Assembly: GCA_038321865.1 (NCBI GenBank)
Contig: JBBQFH010000036.1
Coordinates: forward strand, 1 to 23,679
Source of the DNA: Gemmatimonadales bacterium
GTDB lineage: Bacteria; Gemmatimonadota; Gemmatimonadetes; Gemmatimonadales; GWC2-71-9
Direction of reading: 5' to 3'
DNA length: 23,679 nt
The translations under genes and the position numbers were made by a program. The stretch's first letter is position 1, and each line of letters opens with the position of its first letter. The notes beneath the pieces were generated by a model. It was given only the letters and a program-made list of their open reading frames with translations, was not told the origin of the DNA and did no database searches. Shown piece by piece: positions 8,542 to 17,517 of this stretch.

Positions 8542-10539
8542 ATGCCGGGCATCAGCAAACCCCCGGGTCCAATGCAGAAGCTCATTTCAGATTTATCGGT
8601 TGCGCTGCACAAGCAGACGATGTATCCCGGCGGCCACCCGCTCGTCGACGAGGCCGTGGGGACGCTGCTCGTTCGCCTGCGCCAGACGCTGGCCGATCGG
8701 CCCTCGCTGGCCATCGGGGTCGCCCCCAGCCAGCTGATCGTCTCCGGCCATCCGCCCCGCATTACCAGCGCGGTCGAGCGCGACCTCGCCTCCAAGCTGC
8801 ACCGCCGGAACGTCGGCGCCCTCAAGTTCCAGCGCGGCATCGATCGGGACGAGCTCGCCGAGTCGCTCGGCGCGCTGACCCGGGAGCAGGCCTGGGCGGT
8901 CGGCCAGGCGTGGCCGCATGTCCAGCTGGTGCCGCTGGCGTACGATCAACTCCAGCTGGACGAAGATCCCACACCCAAGCCCGAGCCCGATCTCTGGTTG
9001 GGCCTCGCCCAGTCGGTGCTCGATCTCGAGGGTCGCGAGCCGAGTGAAGTGCTGGCCGATCCCGCGCTCATCGCCCTCGCGATCAAGGCCCAGCAGCACG
9101 ATCCCGGTTTCGACGAGCGCGTCATCGACTACGTCGAGGAATTCACCCGCACGTCGCGCCATCGCGGCAGCGCCGACGCGGTGGCCGCCGAGCGGATAAT
9201 CGGCGCGATGATCGGCGTGCTGGACCCGGAGACGCTCCGGCGGCTGCTGGGATTCGATGGCGATGTGAATCGCCGGCGCGAGTTCGTGACGGGTCTCATG
9301 GCCGTGGTCGGGGTCGAGACCGTGCTGGCCCTGACCCATGCCGCGGCGCAGGTCTCGGACGAATCGATCTCGCCGGCGCTGGTCAAGCTCTTCGCCAAGC
9401 TGGCCGAGAATGCGGGGCGCGGCACCACGTCGTCGCGGGCTGCCTCGGACCAGGCGCTCCGCCAGCAGGTGATCGGGTTGGTCGAAGGCTGGACGCTGCC
9501 GGAGGGCCAGCTCGCCGGCCCGACCGAGTACGACGGGCTGTTCGCTGGAGACCACACCAGTCGCGCCGCGGAACGCGCTCACCTGTGCGAACCGTCGCGC
9601 ATCGTGAAGATGAGCCTCGAGATCGGGGAAATTTCCGCCGCGGCCGAAGCGGCGGCGGACCGGATGGTGCTGGAGGGCCACGTTGCCGAGCTGCTCGAGC
9701 TGCTCGACGCCGCGAGCGAAGAGGTCGCGTCGCTCGCCGCACTGCGCCGGCGCGTCGTTTCCCCCGACACCATTCGCGAAGTCCTGCATCACCTGCCCGT
9801 CAACTTCGACGCGCTGTCCGCGCTCACCAGCGCCCTCGGCGTCGGGGCGGCGCCGCCGCTGCTCGACGCACTTGCCGCTGAGGAGGACCGCACCACTCGC
9901 CATCGGCTCCTCGAGCTGATCAGCGGACTGGGTGCCGGGGTCGGCGCCGAAGTGGCAGCGCGCGTCGAGGGCGGCGTCTGGTACGTGCAGCGCAACATGC
10001 TGGCCCTGCTCAATCAGCTGCCCGAGACGCCGGCCGGCTTCAATGCGCAGCCTTTCGCCCGGACGCCCGACTCCCGGGTCCGCTTCGAAGCGGTCAAGCT
10101 CCTCATGCGCGATCCCGCCACCCGGGACCGCGCGGTGTGCGAAGCGCTGAGCGCCACCGACGAGCGCATCCTCCGGCTCGCACTCAATGCCGCCGCCGAG
10201 CGCTGCCCCGCGCCCGCCGTGACGCTGCTGGTCCGGATGCTTACCGAGCCCGGCCTCGCGGCGGGGCTGCAGCCGATCGCCGCGCGGGCGCTGGCCCAGT
10301 CGACCTCACCCGCGGCGGTGGAGTGCCTTGTGGGACTCTGCATGGCGCCGCGCCGCATGTTTCGGCGGCCCGGCCTGGTACCCAGGTCTCCCGTGCTGAT
10401 CGCCGCGCTGGGCGGCCTGGCCACGCGCTGGAGCGGCAGCACGCGCGCTGCGCCGGTGCTGCAGCTGGCCGCGAAGCACGCCGACCCCGAGGTGCGCGCC
10501 GCCACGCGGACCGACGCGGCGGAGACGGCGGGCCCATGA
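8542..10539 (+). CDS. HEAT/PBS-lyase-like repeat protein with N-terminal 'YPxGHP' domain (665 aa; alternative ATG at 8572)
   Basis: C-terminal helical repeats (LLDALAAEEDRTTRHRLLELI, WYVQRNMLALL, DSRVRFEAVKLL, HADPEVRAA). Stop overlaps the next start (ATGA at 10536-10539). Confidence 0.75.
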   Translation: MPGISKPPGPMQKLISDLSVALHKQTMYPGGHPLVDEAVGTLLVRLRQTLADRPSLAIGVAPSQLIVSGHPPRITSAVERDLASKLHRRNVGALKFQRGIDRDELAESLGALTREQAWAVGQAWPHVQLVPLAYDQLQLDEDPTPKPEPDLWLGLAQSVLDLEGREPSEVLADPALIALAIKAQQHDPGFDERVIDYVEEFTRTSRHRGSADAVAAERIIGAMIGVLDPETLRRLLGFDGDVNRRREFVTGLMAVVGVETVLALTHAAAQVSDESISPALVKLFAKLAENAGRGTTSSRAASDQALRQQVIGLVEGWTLPEGQLAGPTEYDGLFAGDHTSRAAERAHLCEPSRIVKMSLEIGEISAAAEAAADRMVLEGHVAELLELLDAASEEVASLAALRRRVVSPDTIREVLHHLPVNFDALSALTSALGVGAAPPLLDALAAEEDRTTRHRLLELISGLGAGVGAEVAARVEGGVWYVQRNMLALLNQLPETPAGFNAQPFARTPDSRVRFEAVKLLMRDPATRDRAVCEALSATDERILRLALNAAAERCPAPAVTLLVRMLTEPGLAAGLQPIAARALAQSTSPAAVECLVGLCMAPRRMFRRPGLVPRSPVLIAALGGLATRWSGSTRAAPVLQLAAKHADPEVRAATRTDAAETAGP

Positions 10540-11702
10540 GCGCGCCCATCCGGTTCCTCAACGCGCTGGGCCAGGCATTCGCGACGATGGGTCTCTACTC
10601 GCCGGGCCATCCGTCGCGTACACGCGTCGCTGATACCGCCTACCGCCACCTGCTCGAGCTGCAGGAGACCGATACCCGGCCCCACTTCAGCTTCCTCGAG
10701 GACAGTGTCGTCTACGGGCAGCGCGCGCTGCACGAGATGCGGAGCTGGCCCTGGGGGGATCGCCTCGCCGGGGCCGGCGTGGAGCGCGTCGAGTTTGCCG
10801 CCGATGCGACGCGGGAGGACTTCGGCGGGTTCCTCAACGACATGATGGGCCTGCTGGGCCTGCCCGGGGCGGACCCGGCGCTGGCGCGGGCCGAAAACCG
10901 CGGCAGCGTGCGCTACGGCGCCATCGGCATCCGCGGCACCGACGAGCCGGAGCCGGAAGGCGATGACCCCAACGCCCCCTGCGACCTGACGCGCGAGTAC
11001 GACGTCGCCCGCTGGCTCTACAATGCCGCGCGGGAAGACCACGCGGTGCCCATGACCGAAGCGGGCGCGCTCGTGCGCTCCCTCGCGCTCGCCATGCACT
11101 CCGACGGGGCGATGCTGGTGCCGCTGCTCCGGCTCAAGTCGTACGACCAGTACACCGCCATGCATTCACTCAACGTCTCGGTGCTGGTGATGGCGTTCAG
11201 CGAGCACCTCGATCTGCACCGGGCCGATGTGCACGCCTTCGGCGTCGCGGGGCTGCTGCATGACATCGGCCTGACACGAATTCCGGCGGATCTTCTGGAC
11301 CGGTTCGCGCTGAGCCGCGAGGAGCAGTCGCGGCTGGAACAGCACCCGATCGAAGGAGCCAAGCTGCTGCTCAAGGGCGGGCCCGACGCCGATATCGCGG
11401 CGGCGGCCGCCTACGAGCATCACATGCGGGCGGACGGCGGTGGCTACCCCGCCATGTCGTTCCCCCGCGAGCGCCACTACGCCAGCCGCGTGGTCCAGGT
11501 GTGCACCGTGTACGACGCGCTGCGGAATCCGCGGCCGTTCCGCCCGGCATGGCCGGCGGCCGAGGCACTCAGCCACATCGAGCGGGGCGCCGGTACCGAG
11601 TTCGACGGCGACGTGGCCCGGGCGTTCGTGGTGATGATGCGCGAGGTGCGCGCCGAATCCCGCCTGCTGGTCCTCGACGCGGAGCCCGCCCCGGCGCTGT
11701 AG
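10536..11702 (+). CDS. HD-GYP domain protein (cyclic dinucleotide phosphodiesterase fold, possibly degenerate; 388 aa)
   Basis: YDQYTAMHSLNV, LLHDIG, HPIEGAKLL, EHHMRADGGGYP, YDAL..PRPFR, GAGTEFD. ATG 10536 is translationally coupled to the upstream stop; the ORF-track start at 10137 lies inside the upstream gene. Confidence 0.88.
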   Translation: MSAPIRFLNALGQAFATMGLYSPGHPSRTRVADTAYRHLLELQETDTRPHFSFLEDSVVYGQRALHEMRSWPWGDRLAGAGVERVEFAADATREDFGGFLNDMMGLLGLPGADPALARAENRGSVRYGAIGIRGTDEPEPEGDDPNAPCDLTREYDVARWLYNAAREDHAVPMTEAGALVRSLALAMHSDGAMLVPLLRLKSYDQYTAMHSLNVSVLVMAFSEHLDLHRADVHAFGVAGLLHDIGLTRIPADLLDRFALSREEQSRLEQHPIEGAKLLLKGGPDADIAAAAAYEHHMRADGGGYPAMSFPRERHYASRVVQVCTVYDALRNPRPFRPAWPAAEALSHIERGAGTEFDGDVARAFVVMMREVRAESRLLVLDAEPAPAL

Positions 11703-11717
11703 ATTCCGCGCGACTCG

Positions 11718-12980
11718 GTGGCGGAGGGCCGGTTGGGCGAGCGAAACGAAGCAGGGCCGGTCGTCGTGATCGGGGCCGGCGCGGCCGGCATGCTGGCCGC
11801 GATCTTCGCGGCGGCCGGCGCGCGTCCGGTCGTCCTGCTCGAGCGCACCCGCGACGGCGGCCGCAAGATTCTCATCAGCGGCGGCGGGCGCTGCAACATC
11901 CTCCCCTCGCGCATCGATCCGTCACGGTACGTCACCGATTCCTCCGCTGCGACCCTCCGCAACATCCTCCGCTCCTGGCCGCTTGACGAGCAGATCCGCT
12001 TCTTCGCCGACGAGGTGGGGATCGATCTGGCCCTCGAAGCGGAGACGGGCAAGCTCTTCCCCGTGTCGAACAAGGCGCGCGACGTGCGTGACGGGCTGTT
12101 CGCGCTCGCCGGGCGGCGGGGCGTGTCGGTTCGGTTCAATACCGTCGTGACCGGCATCGAGCCTTCCGGGCGGGACTGGCGCGTCACCCTCGATGGCGGC
12201 GGTACGCTCGCGGCGTCCGCCGTGGTGCTCGCGACCGGCGGCCTCTCGGTGCCCAACACCGGCAGCGACGGGATCGGGCTGGCCATCGCGCGTGGACTGG
12301 GCCACACCATCAATCAGACCTACCCGGCGCTCACCCCGCTCACCGACGAACCGGCTCGGTACGGTGCGCTCGCCGGGATCTCGCCGGTCGTCGGGATCGA
12401 GGCGCCGGAGGGCCGGCGGAAGTTCACGACCGAGGGCGGCTTCTTGTTTACCCATCGGGGCTACAGCGGGCCGGCGGTGCTGGATGTGTCGCATCTCGCC
12501 GTCCGGTCACGGCTGGCCGGCGGCCCGCCCCAGCAGATTTTCGTCCGGTGGACGCCGCTCGGCGCCGGCGACTGGGAGCAGCTGCTCGCCGGCCGGGGAA
12601 CCGGGACCGTCGCCAACGTCGTCCGCCGCCATCTGCCGCAGCGGCTGGCCGATGTGCTGCTCGCGGAGGCGGGCGTGGAGGAGTCGCGTTCGCTGTCCCA
12701 GCTTCGGCGCGAAGAGCGCGTGCGACTGATCGCGGCGCTCACGCACCACCCGCTGCCCTGGACCGGCGACGAAGGCTACCGCAAGGCTGAAGTCACCGGC
12801 GGCGGCGTCAGCCTCGGCGAGATCGACCCGCGCACCATGGAGAGCCGGCTGCATCCCGGCCTCTATCTCTGCGGGGAGATTCTCGACGCGTTCGGGCCGA
12901 TCGGCGGGTACAACTTCGTGTGGGCGTGGGTGACCGGAAGGGCAGCGGGGATCGGACTCGCTGTGGGGGCGGGGGGCTAG
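11718..12980 (+). CDS. HI0933/YhiN/BaiN-family NAD(P)/FAD-dependent oxidoreductase
   Basis: VIGAGAAGM FAD motif, GRKILISGGGRCN, GKLFP, LATGGLSVP.TGSDG.G, LFTHRGYSGPAVL, AEVTGGGV, GEILD..GPIGGYNF..AW.TG. Confidence 0.93.
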   Translation: MAEGRLGERNEAGPVVVIGAGAAGMLAAIFAAAGARPVVLLERTRDGGRKILISGGGRCNILPSRIDPSRYVTDSSAATLRNILRSWPLDEQIRFFADEVGIDLALEAETGKLFPVSNKARDVRDGLFALAGRRGVSVRFNTVVTGIEPSGRDWRVTLDGGGTLAASAVVLATGGLSVPNTGSDGIGLAIARGLGHTINQTYPALTPLTDEPARYGALAGISPVVGIEAPEGRRKFTTEGGFLFTHRGYSGPAVLDVSHLAVRSRLAGGPPQQIFVRWTPLGAGDWEQLLAGRGTGTVANVVRRHLPQRLADVLLAEAGVEESRSLSQLRREERVRLIAALTHHPLPWTGDEGYRKAEVTGGGVSLGEIDPRTMESRLHPGLYLCGEILDAFGPIGGYNFVWAWVTGRAAGIGLAVGAGG

Positions 12981-13032
12981 GCTCTAGCTCGCAGGCCTCG
13001 CCTCGACCGGGGTCCGGCGCTATCCTCAACCC

Positions 13033-13578
13033 GTGCTCCCCGCCCTCCGCTCCCGCTTCGACCGCATCGAGCGCCAGCGCGCCGCGCTGCTGGCGCCGCT
13101 CCGCCCGGTCGGCGACACGACGCTCCGCTTCCAGCCGCCAACCGGCGGCTGGAGCGTGCTGCAGGTGGTCGAGCACCTGGTGCTGGCGGAGGAGCTGACG
13201 GTGGAGCAGATGGCCCGGATCACGCCGCGGCCGGTGCCGCTCCGCAAGCGGGTCCGGACCGGCGTCATGATCGGCGTCATCCGGACCGCATTCCTCGTGC
13301 GCGCGCGCATCAAGGCGCCGAGCAGCGCGCTCGAACCTCCGGTCACCGACGTCACCCTCGACCAGTTGATGCAGCGCTGGGCCGAAGCCCGATGCCGCAT
13401 GGCCGAGCGCCTCGACGCCGTGACCATGGCGCAGCTGCCCGACCGCGTCATGCGGCATCCCTACGCCGGCTGGTTCACCCACGCGCAGATGCTCGACTTC
13501 TTTCACTATCACACCGTCCACCACCAGCGGCAGATGGGGCGGATCCAGCGCGCCCGTCGGCTCGCCGCGGCACACTGA
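13033..13578 (+). CDS. DinB/YfiT-like family protein (181 aa)
   Basis: WSVLQVVEHL, HPYAG and HTVHH..QM motifs give the His triad of the DinB superfamily. GTG start with TATCCT 6 nt upstream. Confidence 0.85.
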   Translation: MLPALRSRFDRIERQRAALLAPLRPVGDTTLRFQPPTGGWSVLQVVEHLVLAEELTVEQMARITPRPVPLRKRVRTGVMIGVIRTAFLVRARIKAPSSALEPPVTDVTLDQLMQRWAEARCRMAERLDAVTMAQLPDRVMRHPYAGWFTHAQMLDFFHYHTVHHQRQMGRIQRARRLAAAH

Positions 13579-13588
13579 GAGGAACCCG

Positions 13589-14071
13589 ATGGTGCTTCCG
13601 GCGGAGGTGCGGAACGGGACCCGCGCGCGCGTCGCGCTCGCGCTCATGCGGGTCTTCCTCGGCGTCATCCTTCTCGTCGCGGTCACCGGCAAGCTCAAGG
13701 CGGATTTCACGCCCATGCTCGCGGGGTTTGTGTCGTCCACGCTGCCGAAAGCCCACCCGGCCCTGTACCAGCGCTTCCTCGAGCACACCGTGCTGCCACA
13801 CGCCCACCTGTTCGCGATGCTGATCACCGCGGGCGAGCTGCTGGCCGGCGTGGCGCTGGTGCTGGGAGTCGCGACCCGGCTCGCGGCCTTTGCCGCACTC
13901 CTCATGATGCTCGCCTACATGCTGGCCAAGGGGATGTGGTTCTGGTCGCCGGGGAGTGCTGACGCCGCGTTTCTGATGATCGCCTTTGCCCTGATCATCG
14001 GGGCCGGCGGGCGCAGCTTCGGGATCGACGCGATGTTGGCCCGGCGGTGGCCGGGCTCCTGGCTCTGGTAG
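13589..14071 (+). CDS. DoxX/DoxD family membrane protein (160 aa)
   Basis: LMRVFLG...GKL, GELLAGVALVLGVATRLAA, GAGGRSFGIDA. GAGG RBS upstream. Confidence 0.85.
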   Translation: MVLPAEVRNGTRARVALALMRVFLGVILLVAVTGKLKADFTPMLAGFVSSTLPKAHPALYQRFLEHTVLPHAHLFAMLITAGELLAGVALVLGVATRLAAFAALLMMLAYMLAKGMWFWSPGSADAAFLMIAFALIIGAGGRSFGIDAMLARRWPGSWLW

Positions 14072-14077
14072 CCGCGC

Positions 14078-16177
14078 TCAGTCGATGCCGAGCACGTCGA
14101 AGATGAAGGCGTACTTGAAGGCGACTTCCCGCAGATAGTCGTAGCGGCCCGAGGCACCACTGTGGCCGGCGCCCATATTGGTCCGGAGGAGGAGACGGTT
14201 GCCGTCGGTCCGCGTCGCCCGCAGGCGGGCCACCCACTTGGCCGGCTCCCAGTACGCCACCCGGGGGTCGTTGAGACCCGCCGTCACCAGCATGGCGGGA
14301 TACGCCTGCGGCTTGACGTTGTCGTAGGGCGAGTACCCCGCCATGTACGCATAGCAGGCCGGATCGTTCGGATTCCCCCACTCCTCGTACTCGATCACCG
14401 TCAGCGGAATCGACTCGTCCAGCATCGTCGTCACGACGTCCACGAACGGCACCTCCGCCACCACCGCCCGGAACAGCTCGGGCCGCATGTTGGTCACCGC
14501 GCCGACCAGGAGCCCGCCCGCGCTCCCCCCGTTGATCACCAGCCGCTCGCGTGACGTGTATCCCCCATCCAGCAGGAACTCCGCCGCCGAGATGAAATCG
14601 GTGAAGGTGTTCATCTTGTGGTCGAGCTTGCCCTGCTCGTACCATGCGCGGCCCATCTCCTCGCCGCCCCGGATGTGCGCGATCGCCAGCACGAAGCCGC
14701 GGTCCAGCAGACTGACCGCGTTGGACGAAAAGGTCGGATCGTAGCTGAGGCCGTAGGAGCCGTAGCCATGGAGCAGCAGCGGGCGGCGGCCGTCCTTCGC
14801 GAGCGGCATGCGGTAGACCAGCGACAGCGGGATGCGCGTCCCGTCATCCGCCACCGCGAATGCACGCTCCGTACGGTACAGCGACGGATCGTACCCGCCC
14901 CGTACCTCCTGCCGCTTCCTGAGCTCCCAGGCGCGCGTCGCCAGGTCGTAGTCGATCACCGAGTTCGGCGTCACCAGCGACGTGTACACGAAGCGCAGCG
15001 TGCAGGTGTCGAACTCCGGGTTCTCGCTCACCCGGAAGGTGTACACCTCCTCGGGGAACCCGACCCGGTGGGACGCGCCGCTCGCGAGGTGGAGCACCCG
15101 GATGTGCCGGAGCGCATCCTCCCGCTCGTACACGACGAGGTGATCGCGGAAGGCGTCCACGCCGTCGAGCTTCACGGCGGGGTCGTTGCCGATCAGCGTC
15201 CGCCAGCTCGCCTTGCCCGGGCTTGCCACCGGGGCCTCGACCAGCCGGAAATTCGGGGCGCCGTCGTTGGTGACGATGAAGAACCGGTCGCCGTGGTGCT
15301 CGACCTGGTATTCGATGTTCGGCTCGCGCGGCGCGATCAGCCGGAGCGGCGCACGGGGCTCGCCGGCGGGGAGGTAGCGCACCTCCGAGCTGCTGTGGCT
15401 GCTCAGGTCTACCAGGATCCATTCGCGGCTCCGGGTCTTCCGGAGCGAGAGCAGCACGCCGCCGTCGGTCTCCTCGTATACCAGCACGTCGCCTGCGGGA
15501 TCGCCGCCGAGGGTGTGGCGGAGCAGGCGATACGGCCGGCTGGTGGAGTCGAGGGTGGTGTAGAACAGGGTGGTGCCATCGCTCGACCACTCGACCCGGC
15601 CGGAGGTGTTGCCGATCCGTTCCGCCAGGAGCGTCCCGCTCTCCAGGTCCTTCACGAAGAGCGTGTACGTCTCGGCGCCGGTTGTGTCCGTGGCGTAGGC
15701 GAGGAGCCGGTGGTCGGGACTGAGGGCGAGGGCGCCGAGGCGGAAGTAGTCCTGCCCCGCGGCGAGGTCGTTCTGGTCGAGGAGGATCGCTTCGGGCGCG
15801 TCCGGCGAGCCGTGCCGGCGGCAGAGGATCGGGTACTGCCGGCCCGCCTCGGTCCGGTGATAGTAGTACCAGTCGTCGTGGCGCTCGGGAACGGACAGGT
15901 CGGTTTCCTGGATTCGGCCCAGCATTTCCTGGTAGAGCCGCTCCTGAAGCCGCTCCGTGTGCCGCATCATTCGCCGGGTATACCCGTTCTCGGCCTCGAG
16001 ATAGGCGAGCGTAGCCGGGTCGTCGCGGTTCCGGAGCCAGAAATAGTCGTCGGGTCGCGTCTGGCCGTGGACAACGTGTGGGTGCGGGCGCGGTTCGGCG
16101 ACAGGCGGGTCCGGGGGGAGCACCACCAGGCGATCGGGCTCCGGCAGCGGTACCAGGAGCGGGGACGGCAGCGACAT
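14078..16177 (-). CDS. ptrB: Oligopeptidase B (S9A prolyl oligopeptidase family, 699 aa)
   Basis: HG..RPDDYFWLR..YLEAEN.Y N-terminus; catalytic GGSAGG, NDPRVAYWEPAKW and GAGHSGASGRYD; LTVIEYEEWGNP. ATG 16177 chosen from family length and the candidate promoter position. Confidence 0.93.
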   Translation of the reverse strand: MSLPSPLLVPLPEPDRLVVLPPDPPVAEPRPHPHVVHGQTRPDDYFWLRNRDDPATLAYLEAENGYTRRMMRHTERLQERLYQEMLGRIQETDLSVPERHDDWYYYHRTEAGRQYPILCRRHGSPDAPEAILLDQNDLAAGQDYFRLGALALSPDHRLLAYATDTTGAETYTLFVKDLESGTLLAERIGNTSGRVEWSSDGTTLFYTTLDSTSRPYRLLRHTLGGDPAGDVLVYEETDGGVLLSLRKTRSREWILVDLSSHSSSEVRYLPAGEPRAPLRLIAPREPNIEYQVEHHGDRFFIVTNDGAPNFRLVEAPVASPGKASWRTLIGNDPAVKLDGVDAFRDHLVVYEREDALRHIRVLHLASGASHRVGFPEEVYTFRVSENPEFDTCTLRFVYTSLVTPNSVIDYDLATRAWELRKRQEVRGGYDPSLYRTERAFAVADDGTRIPLSLVYRMPLAKDGRRPLLLHGYGSYGLSYDPTFSSNAVSLLDRGFVLAIAHIRGGEEMGRAWYEQGKLDHKMNTFTDFISAAEFLLDGGYTSRERLVINGGSAGGLLVGAVTNMRPELFRAVVAEVPFVDVVTTMLDESIPLTVIEYEEWGNPNDPACYAYMAGYSPYDNVKPQAYPAMLVTAGLNDPRVAYWEPAKWVARLRATRTDGNRLLLRTNMGAGHSGASGRYDYLREVAFKYAFIFDVLGID

Positions 16178-16231
16178 CGATCTATGCTCGCTTCCCGCCG
16201 GAGCGGGGTTTTCAGGAATTCGAGGAGAGGC

Positions 16232-16260
16232 AATAAGGGGCCGACAGGGCGGGCTGTCAA
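16232..16260 (-). promoter_or_regulatory. Candidate sigma-70-type promoter for ptrB
   Basis: Minus strand reads TTGACA-17 nt-CTTATT, ending about 55 bp upstream of ATG 16177. The -35 is perfect and the -10 is weak. Confidence 0.45.
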
Positions 16261-16302
16261 GCGACGGAAAGGCGCCGGGTGGCGGAATGTCGCGGCATCG
16301 CA

Positions 16303-16327
16303 TAACTGATTGTGCAGCAAGCCATTA
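16303..16327. promoter_or_regulatory. Inverted pair of IHF-like cores (TAA-N4-TTG-N5-CAA-N4-TTA)
   Basis: TAActgaTTG tgcag CAAgccaTTA. Each half matches the CAA-N4-TTR core of the IHF consensus, in an AT-richer intergenic patch. Confidence 0.4.
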
Positions 16328-16433
16328 GCGGCCGTGTCAGAGCGGGGAGTCGGCCCGGTGACTGCTGTCACATCCCGTGTCGCCGGTTCACGGTATTCTT
16401 TGCCGCTTCCGGTGGGAAGGAACTCCACGCTCC

Positions 16434-16540
16434 GTCATTCCGAGCGAAGCGAGGAATCTGCTGACGGGAATGTCGGACAACAGGTCGGCGCACGACGGTC
16501 GGGAACGGCGGAGCAGATTCCTCGCTTCGCTCGGAATGAC
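16434..16540. repeat. Palindromic REP/REPIN-like element, copy 1 (CGTC-type)
   Basis: Perfect 29-bp inverted arms GTCATTCCGAGCGAAGCGAGGAATCTGCT (16434-16462) and its complement (16512-16540), with a 49-nt spacer. Confidence 0.92.
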
Positions 16541-16607
16541 AGATGGTGGTTCAGTACGTGGGTTTGCTCGCCAACTGCAGCGCACTCAACGACGGGGATC
16601 TGAAGCT

Positions 16608-17429
16608 ATGCGCAACAAGACGAGAATCTGGACTGGCATGCTCGCCGGCGGAGCGCTGCTCCTCTCGGCCGCGTGCGATAAGGTGAAGGACACCGGCTCG
16701 GTCACGACGACCGCGAACGGCACCACCACCACCACGCCGCCGTCGGAAGTCGCCGAGCATCACGAGGCGGCGTTCGTACGCGCGGTGAACGCGATCCCGA
16801 CGCAGAAGACGGTGCAGATCTTCGCCGGCGATTCTGCGGCGTTCTCGTCGGTGAACTACAAGACGATGACGCCGTTCAAGGAGATGCCGGACGATGCGTT
16901 CGACTTCAAGGTCGCGGCGCCGGGCCAGACCTCCGAGACCGCGATGGGCGACAACCACGAGAAGCTGGGCGGCGGGCACCACTACACGGTGATCGCGTTC
17001 GCCGACGAGGGCAGCACCGCCAAGGCCAACATGCGGGTGCTGGACGATGATCTCCAGCCGATGACTAACGGCAAGGCGCGCATCCGTTTCATCAACACCG
17101 CGGCCAACGCGGGCGAGCTCGACCTGATGGCGCGCGGCGCGAAGGACGCGATCTTCGAAGGCGTCAACTTCCGCAACGAGGCCGGCTGGAAGGACGTCGA
17201 CCCGATGAGCGGCACGCTGGTCGTGCGGCCACAGCACAAGACCAACGTCGTCGCGACGATCGCGAACGTGAAGCTCGAGGCGGGGAAGAGCTACACCTAC
17301 ATCGTCGCCGGCTCGATGGCGAAGCTGGACGTGATCAAGTTCGTGGACGACGTGGCGCCGGCGCCGAACGATGCCGGCATGAAGATGGACTCGGTGCACA
17401 TGCGCGCCGACACGATGATGCGCAAGTAG
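16608..17429 (+). CDS. Lipoprotein with two DUF4397-like beta domains (273 aa)
   Basis: Signal peptide with lipobox-like LSAA-C; Thr-rich linker; two repeats starting VRAVNAIP / IRFINTAA and ending GGHHYTVIA / AGKSYTYIV. The longer ORF-track start reads through the repeat element. Confidence 0.8.
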   Translation: MRNKTRIWTGMLAGGALLLSAACDKVKDTGSVTTTANGTTTTTPPSEVAEHHEAAFVRAVNAIPTQKTVQIFAGDSAAFSSVNYKTMTPFKEMPDDAFDFKVAAPGQTSETAMGDNHEKLGGGHHYTVIAFADEGSTAKANMRVLDDDLQPMTNGKARIRFINTAANAGELDLMARGAKDAIFEGVNFRNEAGWKDVDPMSGTLVVRPQHKTNVVATIANVKLEAGKSYTYIVAGSMAKLDVIKFVDDVAPAPNDAGMKMDSVHMRADTMMRK

Positions 17430-17452
17430 GTTCTGTCGGGACCGCTTACTGG

Positions 17453-17486
17453 ACAGGCCCGCGTACATCGCGGGCCTGTTCGTTTC
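17453..17486 (+). terminator. Intrinsic terminator-like hairpin between convergent genes
   Basis: 11-bp stem ACAGGCCCGCG / CGCGGGCCTGT, loop TACAT, followed by TCGTTTC; 24 bp after the lipoprotein stop. Confidence 0.75.
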
Positions 17487-17517
17487 GCGTCACTGGCCTG
17501 CGGCCTCGCAGGTACGG

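Noticed and set aside
7056..9903. 663-aa (+) and 436-aa (-) ORFs overlapping thrE-like and HEAT genes
   Set aside because: Antisense or off-frame shadows with no recognisable domain.
14618..16309. 563-aa ORF antisense to ptrB
   Set aside because: Mirror-frame shadow of a well-supported gene.
16552..16568. CAGTACGTGGGTTTGCT before the lipoprotein gene as a sigma-54 promoter
   Set aside because: No GG at the required 10-nt spacing from GC.
16310..16607. Short ORFs and N-terminal extension containing VIPSEARNLL / RHSERSEES / RFLASLGMT (also around 17746-18180)
   Set aside because: These are translations of the palindromic repeat arms, not proteins. The lipoprotein signal peptide starts at 16608.
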